Assembly (NCBI GenBank): GCA_965203325.1
Contig: OZ241875.1
Location: forward strand, 672,001-736,000
DNA from: a bacterium
GTDB taxonomy: Bacteria; UBA8248
Length of the DNA stretch: 64,000 bases
Direction: 5' to 3'
Shown: positions 39,486 to 50,319 of the stretch, in pieces
How positions within the stretch are numbered: the stretch's first letter is position 1
Layout: the number at the start of each line of letters is the position of its first letter
Position numbers and translations under genes: made by a program
Notes under the pieces: generated by a model
Databases searched by the model: none
What the model was told of the DNA's origin: nothing
What the model saw: the letters and a program-made list of their open reading frames with translations, nothing else

Positions 39486-40017
39486 GGGCGGACCGGGGGG
39501 AGCGCAGGCCGTTCCTCCCGGCCCGCTTCGTCGCGATCCCCCTCCCGGCAGGTCGTCTCGCCGGCAGGCGGCGGGAGGGGCGCGCGTCCCGCTCTCCCCG
39601 CGTGTTTTCAGAGGGTGGGGGGTTTCCGTAGGCCGTGAAAGCTCAGTATCCTGTTGATATTATTGAGAAAGAATCCTTACTTCCTAGTTCGTTTGGAATC
39701 CATGATCTGCGATATGTAATCAAAGCGGAAGCGGGCGAATTACAACTCTTGGGTATCTCACCGTGCTCGTGTCCGTATGCGTTCAGTGTAAGTGTTCATC
39801 CAAGCCGTGATGGAAGCACCCAAATAGCGGTAGTTCGGTGGCTGTCTGAACGTAGCTGGTCCGGCCTAATTCTTCGGTACCACCCAAGTCCGCAGAATAT
39901 TTGGGCAATTTCGGTTCATGGATGGCATTCCGACATCGACTTTCTTCTCGTAGAGGTCACCGTCAACTCGTCTCTGTTTGGCTCTGAGGCCTAATCCGTC
40001 ACGGTTTGGTTGAACGA

Positions 40018-40138
40018 TTACCGTTCAGTCATAGGGTGATATCGTCACTGGTACCGAAGGCAATTATTGGAATAGTGCGGCGTAGTCGGTTTAGACCTCT
40101 ACTTTTCTGAACGCCATCACCCCGTGACTGAACGGTAA
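40018..40138. mobile_element. Possible 121-bp MITE with 23-bp terminal inverted repeats
   Basis: ttaccgttcagtcatagggtgat ... atcaccccgtgactgaacggtaa (21/23 complementary); no coding capacity. Confidence 0.5.
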
Positions 40139-40701
40139 CTCGTGTCCGATCTTCCTCCAAAATCCAGCCAGGAACAACTTATTATTGCCATTCTCCATCA
40201 CTCTGAAACATCTATCCAAGACCCCCCGGTCCGCGTTCATATTCAGCGGAATTCCTAGTTTAAGGCCTTGACATTTCCGGTATCTTGGCAAGAAGTGCTG
40301 AACCTGCTCGGGGAAAAAGAAATGGGAATTACTCACATGACTTAACAAGCATCGACGCTATTACTTGAATGTGGAAACCATCCCAGATGGGAGGTTATTA
40401 CCATGAATCGAGCAAAACCAGCTAAGGAGTTTTGATTCTGGTTTTATTGCCTAGGTTTTCTAGTCCCCTTGCTCCTCGTTATCATCACTTTTGCCCTCGG
40501 GCACCTTTGGGGTACCCCTTGGGGGAGTTGTGGTCCCGGGATTTGAATCCGGATCATTTATTGGGATGATATCTTTTGCTATTGCTTTCATTGGCATCCT
40601 CTGCCGTCATGTTCCCTACGGCCATTGCCTCAAAAAAATGATGACCGCAATTTAACCTCCCCCAACAAGTAGTAAGACATTAATTCGCATAGATGTTTTT
40701 A

Positions 40702-41583
40702 TCATTTCTTTTCTCCTTCTGTCTCAGTATTTTCAGATGAAGGCGCCCATAATTTCCTGTCCTTGGTGGCTTCATCTAGCCAATCTCGAGCAAGCTCAAG
40801 GTTAGCCAATATCTGTTCTGCTTCTTCTGCGATCTCTTTTATTGAAACGTCCCTGAAGACTCTTAGTTGTATAGGTAGATTTCTTAAATTTTGGTTTTTA
40901 TGCAATTTATTCGTTAATTTCCGTCGAATGCGCTTTTGGACCTCTTCATTGACATTTTGGAAGCTCAGCCACTGCAACAATCCTTTCGAAAAATTTAAGA
41001 TGGTTAGCGCTTTCCTCTCTTCACCTACTGTTTCGATGCGTCCCCTAAATACCTGTTCCCATTCCTCAAAGCATGACACATTGTATTTGGCTAAACTCTT
41101 TTCAGTATGACCAAACTTTTTAGAACATTCCCATAAATGGTAGACCATGTATGGTTCTCCCCATTTCGTTCTATCTTCGTGGTAAAATTCGCTTCTTTCA
41201 TAAAGCATGTGCTTGTCCCAATTTATATAACTACTTTCATTGCTAGGGTCCCTATTTCTGGATGGTTTAACCTTTTCCGAATCTATTAATATTTTTTGTC
41301 CTAATTCAGCAGTTATTTTATATGCGAATAGATTCCTTACTCCGACAAGCCAGAGATCGCGAAGGTGGGCATTTACCACACGGGTAATATGCTCTTCCTG
41401 TTTTTTTTCCAATCGTATTTTCTGCTCCTCGATTTCCTTCTTTTGCTTTCTTGTTTCTAGGAGTTCGCCCTGTAGAAGTTGCATCGCTAAACTGCCCGCG
41501 CCAGAAAAGAAGATCACCCAGACGGAAAGACAAGCAATAGTGAAGGTGGAAATGGTTCCTATCCACATCGCCAATGTTTTCAT
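40702..41583 (-). CDS. Hypothetical protein, N-terminal TM helix plus coiled coil
   Basis: 293-aa ORF in AT-rich DNA; hydrophobic N-terminus, then an E/K/Q-rich helix. Confidence 0.6.
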   Translation of the reverse strand: MKTLAMWIGTISTFTIACLSVWVIFFSGAGSLAMQLLQGELLETRKQKKEIEEQKIRLEKKQEEHITRVVNAHLRDLWLVGVRNLFAYKITAELGQKILIDSEKVKPSRNRDPSNESSYINWDKHMLYERSEFYHEDRTKWGEPYMVYHLWECSKKFGHTEKSLAKYNVSCFEEWEQVFRGRIETVGEERKALTILNFSKGLLQWLSFQNVNEEVQKRIRRKLTNKLHKNQNLRNLPIQLRVFRDVSIKEIAEEAEQILANLELARDWLDEATKDRKLWAPSSENTETEGEKK

Positions 41584-42480
41584 TGATTGCCGTTCACCCT
41601 GATTGGATACAAATTTTCAAGAGCTTTTCCCTTTTATTCAATTTCATAAGTCGATTGTGCTCTGCAATGAGTGAATCGAAGGCTCTGCTCACTATCGCGA
41701 CAATCAACTTCTCTTCCCTGCTCTTGCCGGGAATGTCCGCCAGCACCTACTCGCGCAAATCCATTTTTCGCTCTACTTCAGCAGGCAGATTTTTCTCGCA
41801 GAAAGGGGATTGACAAAGTTTCAGTTGGGATAGTATCACGAGGGTGTCTGATATCCTCAATGATACTAATCCGCTGGGTCTTACTCACTCCCATCCGGGG
41901 GTTTTGTGAGTCCAGTATTCTATTCTGAACCTGATTGATCGAGCAAACAAATTTAACAAATCCGGCCGACCTTCCTATGTTGTAAGAACCCCTTCCATTG
42001 CAGGAGTCAAGGTCAACTGATTTGAAATTTTACAATACCGGCAAAACATTGATTTGGTGAAACAAGGTTTTCAACTTCACAGGGCGCGGCCAAGCCGCTT
42101 ACTGCTAATTCGGTATTTCGGAAGTTGATAAATCCCTCCTCGCTTGGTAGTTATCCACAAAATATAGACAAGATATGTGAATATCTTCATGTATATTGTG
42201 GATGTCTTCATTTTTCATCTTGATGGATGTGGGCATTGTACACTATAATTTAGGCATTGGGGGGTAAGAAACGGCCCATCTGATTTTGTTCGACTGCAGA
42301 TGGCGGTTTTTTGTTTTCGTGACACTAAACGAATTAAAGATTGGATGGTTGTCCTAGACATCTGCCATGTAATGATTAAAGAGCCAAGTACGGTTGCAAG
42401 GAAAACTACAATCGTAAAATTCTTCGCGAACTTAACGATAGAAATTCTGAGACAAACCAACGACAGGAGAAAGCGCGGCC

Positions 42481-43344
42481 ATGACGGATGTAATGAAAAA
42501 TGATCAAGAGCCAGCTACCCAAGCATTGACTCAGGTTGAAGCGAACATATCGGGATCAGCAAGTACTCATAAAGCATGGAATCCTGCTGATTTAGACCAA
42601 CTAATCGCAGAAGCAAAAGCTTTGGCACTTTATGTTGCTCGACATGGTGACAGCCTGTCTGATGGTGACAGCTTGTCTGATAACGATCAAAAGCTCTATG
42701 ACGAGTTGCTCTTGGCTATCGCCAGCATCGAATCGTCCCGTTCGTCAGAACACTGGCGCTCCTTAATGTCGGCTTATGCGAAAATCACGGCCATAACCTA
42801 CCAAAAGCGGGGCGTGAACGGTCGCACCATTTTGGACACTCAGACAAAGCGTGTGTTCTCAATAAGAAACCGACCGACGATAATAGGGGTAGTGCTTTTC
42901 TTCTGCGCGCTGATTCTTGAAAGCCTGATGCGCTGGAGCGGTGGGGTATCGGATGTCAATAAGCTCACTGGTTTCCAAATGCACGTCTATTACCAAATCA
43001 GTTCTCTTTCCTCTCTCTTGGTGCCTGCTTTCTGGGGTGGACTCGGTGGTTGCATCTTCTTGACGAAGCGTATCTCTGACAAGCTGTTCGACATGGCCTA
43101 TGAGGAAGCGCGTATGCGCGGAGACGTCACGCGGATATTCCTCGGCGCCATGCTTGGCGTCGTTATTGTGGTCCTTTTTTTTCCAAATTTCACCGAGCAG
43201 GTCAAGCTCGGGGAAATTACCCTAGCTCCAGCGACAGCGGCTTTTATTGCCGGGCTCGGTGTGAAGCCAGTCTATGCAGCATTTGAGTCCTTGAGCCAAG
43301 AGTTAGCTCGCCGTTTCCAGGGAAGTAGGAGCAATCCAAAGTGA
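42481..43344 (+). CDS. Hypothetical multi-pass membrane protein
   Basis: AGGAG RBS; soluble N-domain then ~4 TM helices (GGLGG, RIFLGAMLG, AFIAGLG); stop overlaps the next start (GTGA). Confidence 0.75.
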   Translation: MTDVMKNDQEPATQALTQVEANISGSASTHKAWNPADLDQLIAEAKALALYVARHGDSLSDGDSLSDNDQKLYDELLLAIASIESSRSSEHWRSLMSAYAKITAITYQKRGVNGRTILDTQTKRVFSIRNRPTIIGVVLFFCALILESLMRWSGGVSDVNKLTGFQMHVYYQISSLSSLLVPAFWGGLGGCIFLTKRISDKLFDMAYEEARMRGDVTRIFLGAMLGVVIVVLFFPNFTEQVKLGEITLAPATAAFIAGLGVKPVYAAFESLSQELARRFQGSRSNPK

Positions 43345-44336
43345 AAGAAACCTGGCTGATCATCAACTTCGCATTTGTATCAATCTTGCTTTTCATAGGT
43401 ACATCGGCCCAAGCAGCAGGTAAGCCGATGCGTCCACCACCCAAAGGCTATGATCACGCGAAGTTCGCTCCGAAAGCGGATATCTACAGAGCATTTCACG
43501 GCTTCACGATCAGTTTCGATTCTAAGGATGACGACGACAGCGAATATGGCCCGGACTTACTCAGAGTTCCTCACTGGGTAAGTCATGAAGTGCGTCGTTG
43601 GGAGCCCTCTGCAGATGACCGGGACAACGACGAGGCTTGGTGCCTCGACACTCTAAAGAGCCGGCCGACTTGGTTTACTGACCCCGACTTACATGCCACT
43701 GGTGTAGCCCCCAAAGACAACAGTTATCGGCACAGTGGTTTCGACCGCGGGCATATGGCAATGAAGCTACTTGTAGAGAGGCTCGACCAAGATGCGGCTT
43801 ATAATACCCACACGCTACTGAACGCGATCCCACAGCGGCCGAAGTTTAACCAGGGTATTTGGCAAAATTTAGAATACCTGACCGGTGCTTGGGCCCAAAA
43901 CTATGGCAAGATATGGGTGATCCAGGGACCAGTGTTCTACAAGGGCAAGATACCGACCTGGATCGGCGATGAGGGCGAGTTCAAGGTCGCGGTACCGGAC
44001 GCCGCCTTCAAAATCGTAATCCGCGAAAAAACCAAAGATGAGATAAGTAAAGGGGCAAATTGGGCTAAAGAAGCTCCCGAAGTCCTAGCTTTCTTATACC
44101 CACAAGTAGGGCCGGGATATTTCGGAAAGAGTGAAGAATATCGACATGAGCGATTCCTGACCACAGTCGATGAGATTGAAGAATTAACTGGTCTTGACTT
44201 CAATTTGTCTAAGAACCGTACCATCGAGAAGAAAGTGGAACGCCGACGTGCCAAGGCACTCTGGGATCCGCCTGTTGTGGATCTAAAGCAGCATCGACTC
44301 TTTCTATCCGGCTGCAGGAAAGGTAGTGGACAGTGA
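43341..44336 (+). CDS. Secreted DNA/RNA non-specific endonuclease (NucA/Serratia type)
   Basis: Signal peptide ending AQA; P.WV, SGFDRGHMA, NAIPQRPKFNQGIWQNLE, VAVPDAAFKIV, VDEIEELTGLDF. Confidence 0.9.
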   Translation: MKETWLIINFAFVSILLFIGTSAQAAGKPMRPPPKGYDHAKFAPKADIYRAFHGFTISFDSKDDDDSEYGPDLLRVPHWVSHEVRRWEPSADDRDNDEAWCLDTLKSRPTWFTDPDLHATGVAPKDNSYRHSGFDRGHMAMKLLVERLDQDAAYNTHTLLNAIPQRPKFNQGIWQNLEYLTGAWAQNYGKIWVIQGPVFYKGKIPTWIGDEGEFKVAVPDAAFKIVIREKTKDEISKGANWAKEAPEVLAFLYPQVGPGYFGKSEEYRHERFLTTVDEIEELTGLDFNLSKNRTIEKKVERRRAKALWDPPVVDLKQHRLFLSGCRKGSGQ

Positions 44337-45019
44337 TTTGATTAGAGTAAAGACGACTCTGACTCATATGGAACACGCGCTACGCGGATTGTAATCAAAC
44401 TGAACGTAGGCAGATTACAACTTCTATACATCTTGGCGAGTCACTGGTGGATCGTTTTCTTGCCCACTTCCAAATTTCTACCCGCCGCAATCTGAATGCA
44501 ATAATGCCTCGCCGCTTCGCAACTCCTCGTCGCGCTGGTCTCAAATAGTCAATAGTTCGTATCGCTACTTCCTTTATTTCGATTTCACTTTATGTGACGG
44601 TATTATCACTTTTCTTGGGATTCCAGAATTTCGAAGGTTGGATTTTACTCGGCATTAATAAGATTTTTTCAATGACTATTGCTGTAGGATTACCATCTGG
44701 AACGCTTGACGAATCCCTCGTAGTTCCTCAAGTCCCAAACTCTTAAGACAGTCCTTTCGATAATTATAGTTGTGTTCCGACAATTGTCACAATGATGTGC
44801 TCAATCATTGCTAACACAACGGAAGGCAGAGACGATCCATCTGCCGATGACAAACCAGGCTAGCTTGCATTCCTCTTAGGTAGGTTCAAGCGCCACTCCC
44901 TCTTCCACTGTGCTGCTCAGTAACCGAACCCAAGGAGGTTCGACTGCTATTCAGAACCAGAGCAAAGCCGAACATATCAACACCGTGGTCCCGACACGTC
45001 GGCACTCAACCCCTCCACA

Positions 45020-46921
45020 CTATCCTAACGTCAACGTTCTATGGTCATTAGTATATGAAGGACCAATTGTATAGCTTTCCAACTCAAGCTCCGGGTTCAT
45101 CATGGAGGTGGTGAATATTACCTGATATGGTGCATGCAATTCAGTTACGCGTTCAACAATTATCCGTTGAAACAAATGACTACGTTCTACTTCCATCCCT
45201 TTATCTTCGACATTATCAATCAATAAAAACCGTGGATGAAAAAATTGCTCATTCTCTCCGGCCGCTAGAAAAAGCCCCAATACCGCAGCATTCTTCAGAA
45301 AGACATTGCTGCTCTCCGCAAAATTAAGCAATCCATCAACAAAAATCGCATCATTCCGAAAGTCAAAGTCCACCCGATTTGCGAGAACAAACTCCCGTTG
45401 CCTTTCCAGATCGGCACGAAGAATTTCAGCGCTAATTTTTGACATCTGAGACAAAGCTATAGAACGTCGCTGCTCCGCCTTCTGCTGTAGAACCGCGCTT
45501 CTCTCAGTTAGCCTATCAATTTCAATTAATAGCGCATCTCTTCTGTTAGCAAGTATTTCGATTTGTTCGGCAATCTCAAGATTACTGATAAGATAACCAA
45601 CTTCAGCATCGATTTGTCCCAACCGTTTCGTCCTAGCGGCAAGAAACTCTTCTCTTGGTCCGTTTCCACCTCCATATCTCAATTCAAAACTCGATAAGTT
45701 TAGCTCATGCTCCCGACGCAATCGTCGCAATTCCTGTCGACTTACGCTGATTTCACTCTCCTTTTGAATTGTGAGTTGCCTTGATTCCCGGGCTTGAATT
45801 TCCAAATCAAGCCGAATCTGGTTGTATCTTCCCTTTTCCCTTTCCATGTCAATGGGTGATTTGCAGACAACGCAATGTTTTTTTGGAACCTCTGAATCAA
45901 GTGCAATTCCGCATGCAGGGCAGTGAGTGAACTCAATAGAACCAATTGCCTTCAACGTTGCTTCTGCAAAGGTTAGTTTTTCCATGCCCTCTTGCAAATA
46001 AACCATATATTCTGATATTTCCCGTAACTCAAACTCCAGATTTACTACTTTTGACTCCAAATTGTGTAATGACGCTCGTTCTTTACTTATAGATGACCAT
46101 GCAACTTTCCGCTCCGACAGATATTCCTTTACCTCACCTAGCTTCACATGTTCATCCACGTTATTAATCTCTTCTTGTAATACCGATGCCTCTTGTTGCA
46201 GCTTTTCTATTGCTTGCTTAATAAGTGCAGGCGTAGCGATTGCTTCGTCATTAAGTAGAACCCTTTGTAAGCCACCGAGTTCAACTTTCACACCATCCAA
46301 CTCTTTACGTCTCTCACGAAGTTGCAAATCAATTTCATAAATTTCATACTCACTGATTCCACATACCAGATCGCCAACCGCTTCTCGGATGCCTTGTGTG
46401 TCGAACGCTTCAAACCGAAAGAGTCGCGTAGCTAGTGTGCGTTGATCCGAGTAACATAAACGGAGTATTTGATGCATAGTGACGTTAGAAGCACCCTCGC
46501 TCTGCGCTTCTGGTATCAAGAGGGAACGAAACATAATTTGGGAGAAGCTTTCTCTTCCCCCGTGGCGACGGATAGGAAACTGCTCCCATCCTTCCATTGA
46601 GCTTTTTGTCGCGATTTCCATTGGGCCAAAGAAAACTAGAATCGGTTCTTGGGCGGTCGTTATGCGACGCAATAAGGTTAACTTCCCCCGTGGCGTCTCT
46701 ACTTCTGCCTGGATTTCGTCGCATTGACCGGCGGCCTCTTTCCAATCGTCGAACTCTCCTCCAAGCGCAAAGAATATAAAATCGGCAATAGTCGACTTAC
46801 CGGAACCGTTCTGCCCACGGATAATGTTAACTCCTTCATGAAACGCTTGGTCGTACGCAATACGTCCTCGACGACTGATGCGCAAGCGATTTAGGCGAAG
46901 AAAGCAGCCATTTCTCTTCAT
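45020..46921 (-). CDS. SMC/Rad50-like ABC ATPase of an ABC-three-component (Lamassu-like) system
   Basis: Walker A GQNGSGKST, long coiled coil with CPAC...CVVC, FAESS signature, Walker B FLLIDNVEDKGME. Confidence 0.85.
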   Translation of the reverse strand: MKRNGCFLRLNRLRISRRGRIAYDQAFHEGVNIIRGQNGSGKSTIADFIFFALGGEFDDWKEAAGQCDEIQAEVETPRGKLTLLRRITTAQEPILVFFGPMEIATKSSMEGWEQFPIRRHGGRESFSQIMFRSLLIPEAQSEGASNVTMHQILRLCYSDQRTLATRLFRFEAFDTQGIREAVGDLVCGISEYEIYEIDLQLRERRKELDGVKVELGGLQRVLLNDEAIATPALIKQAIEKLQQEASVLQEEINNVDEHVKLGEVKEYLSERKVAWSSISKERASLHNLESKVVNLEFELREISEYMVYLQEGMEKLTFAEATLKAIGSIEFTHCPACGIALDSEVPKKHCVVCKSPIDMEREKGRYNQIRLDLEIQARESRQLTIQKESEISVSRQELRRLRREHELNLSSFELRYGGGNGPREEFLAARTKRLGQIDAEVGYLISNLEIAEQIEILANRRDALLIEIDRLTERSAVLQQKAEQRRSIALSQMSKISAEILRADLERQREFVLANRVDFDFRNDAIFVDGLLNFAESSNVFLKNAAVLGLFLAAGENEQFFHPRFLLIDNVEDKGMEVERSHLFQRIIVERVTELHAPYQVIFTTSMMNPELELESYTIGPSYTNDHRTLTLG

Positions 46922-47421
46922 CCGAGTCTCCTAATGCCAGCGTTCCTTCTTAGTGCTGGGATTTCATCATCAACGATTGCCGCAAAATCACCGGTAAGGA
47001 ATTGGATGAGAGACACTTCGTGGCCAGTATAATTTCCTATGGCCGCGGACCTGAATATATCAATCCCTGTCTGCGATAATTCCACAAGACCCGTGTGTAG
47101 AGTTTCCACAGAAACGATCCCCTTTCCCGACATCGCGCGCAGGGCTTCCTTTTGAATCGGTTCCATCTTATTAAAAAGCAAGGGAGCGGCAGGATATTGC
47201 AAAAATGATTTCTCCGGCCGTGAAATCATTAACGCGGAAAACGCTTTTCTTGTATCTCTAGACATTGTGCATCTATGAAGAAGGGGTGGATTCGCGAAAA
47301 AGAAATCTGAAATGTACAAGCGTTCGATGCCAGGGGGTGTCTTGAAAGAAAGGAGCAATCCTCCTAGGCGTCGAATGCATGAGAAAACATCCAGCTGGGG
47401 ATACCAAAGCCTAACGTTCAT
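46918..47421 (-). CDS. ABC-3C middle component
   Basis: 167-aa ORF coupled by ATGA overlaps to both neighbours; WYPQLDVFSCIRR / YISDFFFANP resemble middle-component proteins. Confidence 0.7.
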   Translation of the reverse strand: MNVRLWYPQLDVFSCIRRLGGLLLSFKTPPGIERLYISDFFFANPPLLHRCTMSRDTRKAFSALMISRPEKSFLQYPAAPLLFNKMEPIQKEALRAMSGKGIVSVETLHTGLVELSQTGIDIFRSAAIGNYTGHEVSLIQFLTGDFAAIVDDEIPALRRNAGIRRLG

Positions 47422-48611
47422 GATGAAGAATCCCATCGTATGTGGCATTGCTCAGTAAGAAAATACAATGCGCTTAAAATCGATTTTGCACTGAAGTTCG
47501 TCCCACCAATTTTCTTTGTCGATAAGGAGTCAATTATCTTCTCTTGTATAGCAGCACGAATTTCATCGTCCGAGGCTGATTTACAGATAAGGGGATGATA
47601 GACATGGGTAACAAATCGCGTTTCGACTTCTGAAAGAAGATTGTCATGGTCCTCCCGCGCTGCGGTGAAAAGACCCGTTTTTGTATATCGTCTAGCAAAA
47701 TGATTCTGAGCATCGTTGGCGTAGTTATATTCGTGCTCCCGTCCCGCTTCAATTAGCTTTGCAAGTAGATCTCGTCGATCTCCAAGGCTCTTTTCGGTGT
47801 AGTCTTCGGATTCTACGATGAATTGTTCCTGCGAAGAGGTAGCCATCTCTGCCGAAATTATAACGTTGCGGATATGTCGTTTGACCCCAAGATATACGAT
47901 ATCCTCCCGGTTTCGTGGTTTACAAATGTTGATATGATCTTTATCGACAGGTACCGGATTTGATTTACTAACACCGGGATCCGCAGCTTCTCGAGAAACA
48001 ACCACTCCCATTTTTTTTGTGAGATGTTTTTCATAATAGACAGCAGTAGAAAGATCTTCGCGACTATTGGCTAGGGTGCGATAGTGTTCATTTAGGTCGT
48101 ATAGAAACCCTGTATCATCCGACAGAAGTTTGATTTGTTTTGACGTGAAGGGAACAACATCAAGAATGTTAGCCATTGCTGGCGCTGTATGTGGTGTAGA
48201 CAAGAAAACGACTAATTTCGTAGCATGATAAATCCTTTTCCAATCTTCATCTTCAGCTTCAAAGGACTTCCGGAGAAGTAATTTTGTAAGAATGCCGCCG
48301 AGACTATGTGTGACGAATACAATAGGGAGACGACCTATCTCATTTCCAGCAAACAGCTCGAGAACGTTCGCGGCGCGCTCGTACATATCCATTTCTTTCT
48401 TTGCCCATTTCTCGAATATGCTCGTTGGATAACCTAGAGTGAAAACAGAAATGCGATTCAAATCGTTTTGGAGCCATTGTGGCCAAAAGTCATCTCCAGA
48501 TTCGTCAGTCCACGTTTCTTTCGCATCTCCCGTTAATCCGTGGACAAAAATTACGTCGATGAGCGGGGAGTCTCCGGAAGCGATACGATGGAATAGAGGT
48601 TCGTCACTCAT
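47418..48611 (-). CDS. Alpha/beta-hydrolase effector with ABC-3C C-terminal domain
   Basis: VIFVHGLTGD, VTHSLGG (nucleophile), FLSTPH, DHINICKP; C-domain DLLAKLIEAGRE...LYFLTEQCHIRW. Confidence 0.82.
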   Translation of the reverse strand: MSDEPLFHRIASGDSPLIDVIFVHGLTGDAKETWTDESGDDFWPQWLQNDLNRISVFTLGYPTSIFEKWAKKEMDMYERAANVLELFAGNEIGRLPIVFVTHSLGGILTKLLLRKSFEAEDEDWKRIYHATKLVVFLSTPHTAPAMANILDVVPFTSKQIKLLSDDTGFLYDLNEHYRTLANSREDLSTAVYYEKHLTKKMGVVVSREAADPGVSKSNPVPVDKDHINICKPRNREDIVYLGVKRHIRNVIISAEMATSSQEQFIVESEDYTEKSLGDRRDLLAKLIEAGREHEYNYANDAQNHFARRYTKTGLFTAAREDHDNLLSEVETRFVTHVYHPLICKSASDDEIRAAIQEKIIDSLSTKKIGGTNFSAKSILSALYFLTEQCHIRWDSSS

Positions 48612-49265
48612 TAAAAACTCGTTAAAGATGGATTGCGATATCGTTTGCTACAAAAAAAGTGAGAAGACCGATATCTAATAATGTGTGTGTCTGAGAGTCT
48701 ATTGGCAATTGTACGAGTCCATACAGGATAGTTAGAGACAGCTTCAAGTCCATACCGGATTATATTCGGCTTAACTGCTTTGTAGTGTTCCATTTTCCAT
48801 TTCCTCTCGGTCGTTCGCCTCAGCTAGCGATGTTTTCTTCGCCTTCTTGGATTGGCTTGCCCGCCAGTTGTCGCATGTGAGGACACTTTTAGTAAACGTA
48901 TCACTGTTGCAAGGATTCCAGATACAATCATATTGTAGAAGCATTTGTTCGCGATGTTTGTCACGAGAGCTACTCTCCAGCGGGCGACAGCGAGACATTT
49001 TTAGGTAAATTTTGCAGAGATTGATGGGGTGCGGATCTTGGGTTCTCTCGCCAACGCGTCATTACAGTCAACCAAACATTTCTTATAGCTAGGGTAGAGT
49101 CTCCCAGCTAATCCACGCATACGAACGGGTTGAACCAAGGGGCACACAGTTTGACTTCTCCTCAGATGACGAGGGAACGAGGGTCCCCCCAGATAATCAG
49201 TGGCGAAGATATCGGGTGACAGACCCCATCACTTGTACTCTAAGTTGGCCATGTTTGATGTAGAC

Positions 49266-50309
49266 TTAACCTTGACGCTTTTGGGCAGGCCGCTGTCTAC
49301 CGCCATCCTTGGAAAGTGGCACTGCATCATCGTCGTCGCGGCCGTTCCAGAGCAATCCTGGATGCGGAACGCGATAGTATCCATCATCCTTTTTCAGGGT
49401 TCTTGGCCTCCCGGGAACGGCTGTCGCTTCGAACCGTCCTTTCGCTCCTTGAAGATACGCCTCTACGATTTCTGCGCATATCCACTTTCGGCCCAGTCGC
49501 TCGGCTACTTCGCCCGTAACACAACTCCCTCCGAAAGGATCCAGAACCATGTCTCCCGGATCTGTAACCATGCGGATAAAGTACTCGGGTAGTGCGGCGG
49601 GGAAACGAGCGGGGTGCGGTTTGATATCTTTTTCTCTGCAATAGCGCATGTAGCCGCTGTTGCTTTCTGTATTCGGAATCGCGATCAGGTTTGGCGGAAT
49701 CGCCGCGCCATTGTCGATTGTGAATTTCTCGCTGATGTCATGCCCCGACGGCCGCAACTTGGCTTTGTAGCCATTGCTCAGTAGTGCCTTCATGCTATCG
49801 CTATAAGGCTGCAAGACACGGCGATTGCTGGCACGTGGCCAAGGTGTCTTGGACAGCCACCAAACGGTATTGATCCCGTCCTTTACACGTATGCGACGGA
49901 CGTTCACCCATTCGGCCGGCGTAGGCAGCTTTGATGGGTTCCACCAGTAAAACTCCTGGGCGAGATGAAAATCGTATTCCTCGCATAGCATGATCAGCAG
50001 CTTGAAGTGATAAAGGCTCCGTACCGGAAGCCCCGGTTTCCATGCGCCGCCGAGGTCAATGACAAGGCTGCCATCGTCTTTCAGGATGCGGTGAAACTGT
50101 TCTGCGAAATCCCTGAACCATTCAAGATAGGCATCCTCTTGCTCGTTCCCATAATCCTTCTTGCGCGTCAGCGCAAAGGGTGGGCTAGTCATGATTAGAT
50201 CGACTGATGCTTTCTCACGGCATTTCATCATCGCCAGGCTGTCGCCGTGATAGATGCACCCGAGATGAGTCTGATGAAAAACAACCAGAGGCTGCTCAGT
50301 AGTCATCAT
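49266..50309 (-). CDS. N4-cytosine DNA methyltransferase (beta class, M.PvuII-like)
   Basis: DLIMTSPPFAL before HPARFP...VLDPFGGS (SPPF precedes the SAM-binding motif). Confidence 0.92.
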   Translation of the reverse strand: MMTTEQPLVVFHQTHLGCIYHGDSLAMMKCREKASVDLIMTSPPFALTRKKDYGNEQEDAYLEWFRDFAEQFHRILKDDGSLVIDLGGAWKPGLPVRSLYHFKLLIMLCEEYDFHLAQEFYWWNPSKLPTPAEWVNVRRIRVKDGINTVWWLSKTPWPRASNRRVLQPYSDSMKALLSNGYKAKLRPSGHDISEKFTIDNGAAIPPNLIAIPNTESNSGYMRYCREKDIKPHPARFPAALPEYFIRMVTDPGDMVLDPFGGSCVTGEVAERLGRKWICAEIVEAYLQGAKGRFEATAVPGRPRTLKKDDGYYRVPHPGLLWNGRDDDDAVPLSKDGGRQRPAQKRQG

Positions 50310-50319
50310 TTAGCCTCCC

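Noticed and set aside
40460..40597. 45-aa Pro-rich small ORF on the minus strand as a possible RiPP precursor
   Set aside because: No modifying enzymes nearby and no leader motif; coding status unsupported.
42644..42680. 18-bp tandem duplication (GDSLSD x2) in the membrane-protein gene
   Set aside because: In-frame two-copy micro-duplication with no evidence of function.
44340..45019. Possible decayed gene (weak HNH-like words on the minus strand)
   Set aside because: Multiple stops and too little similarity to name.
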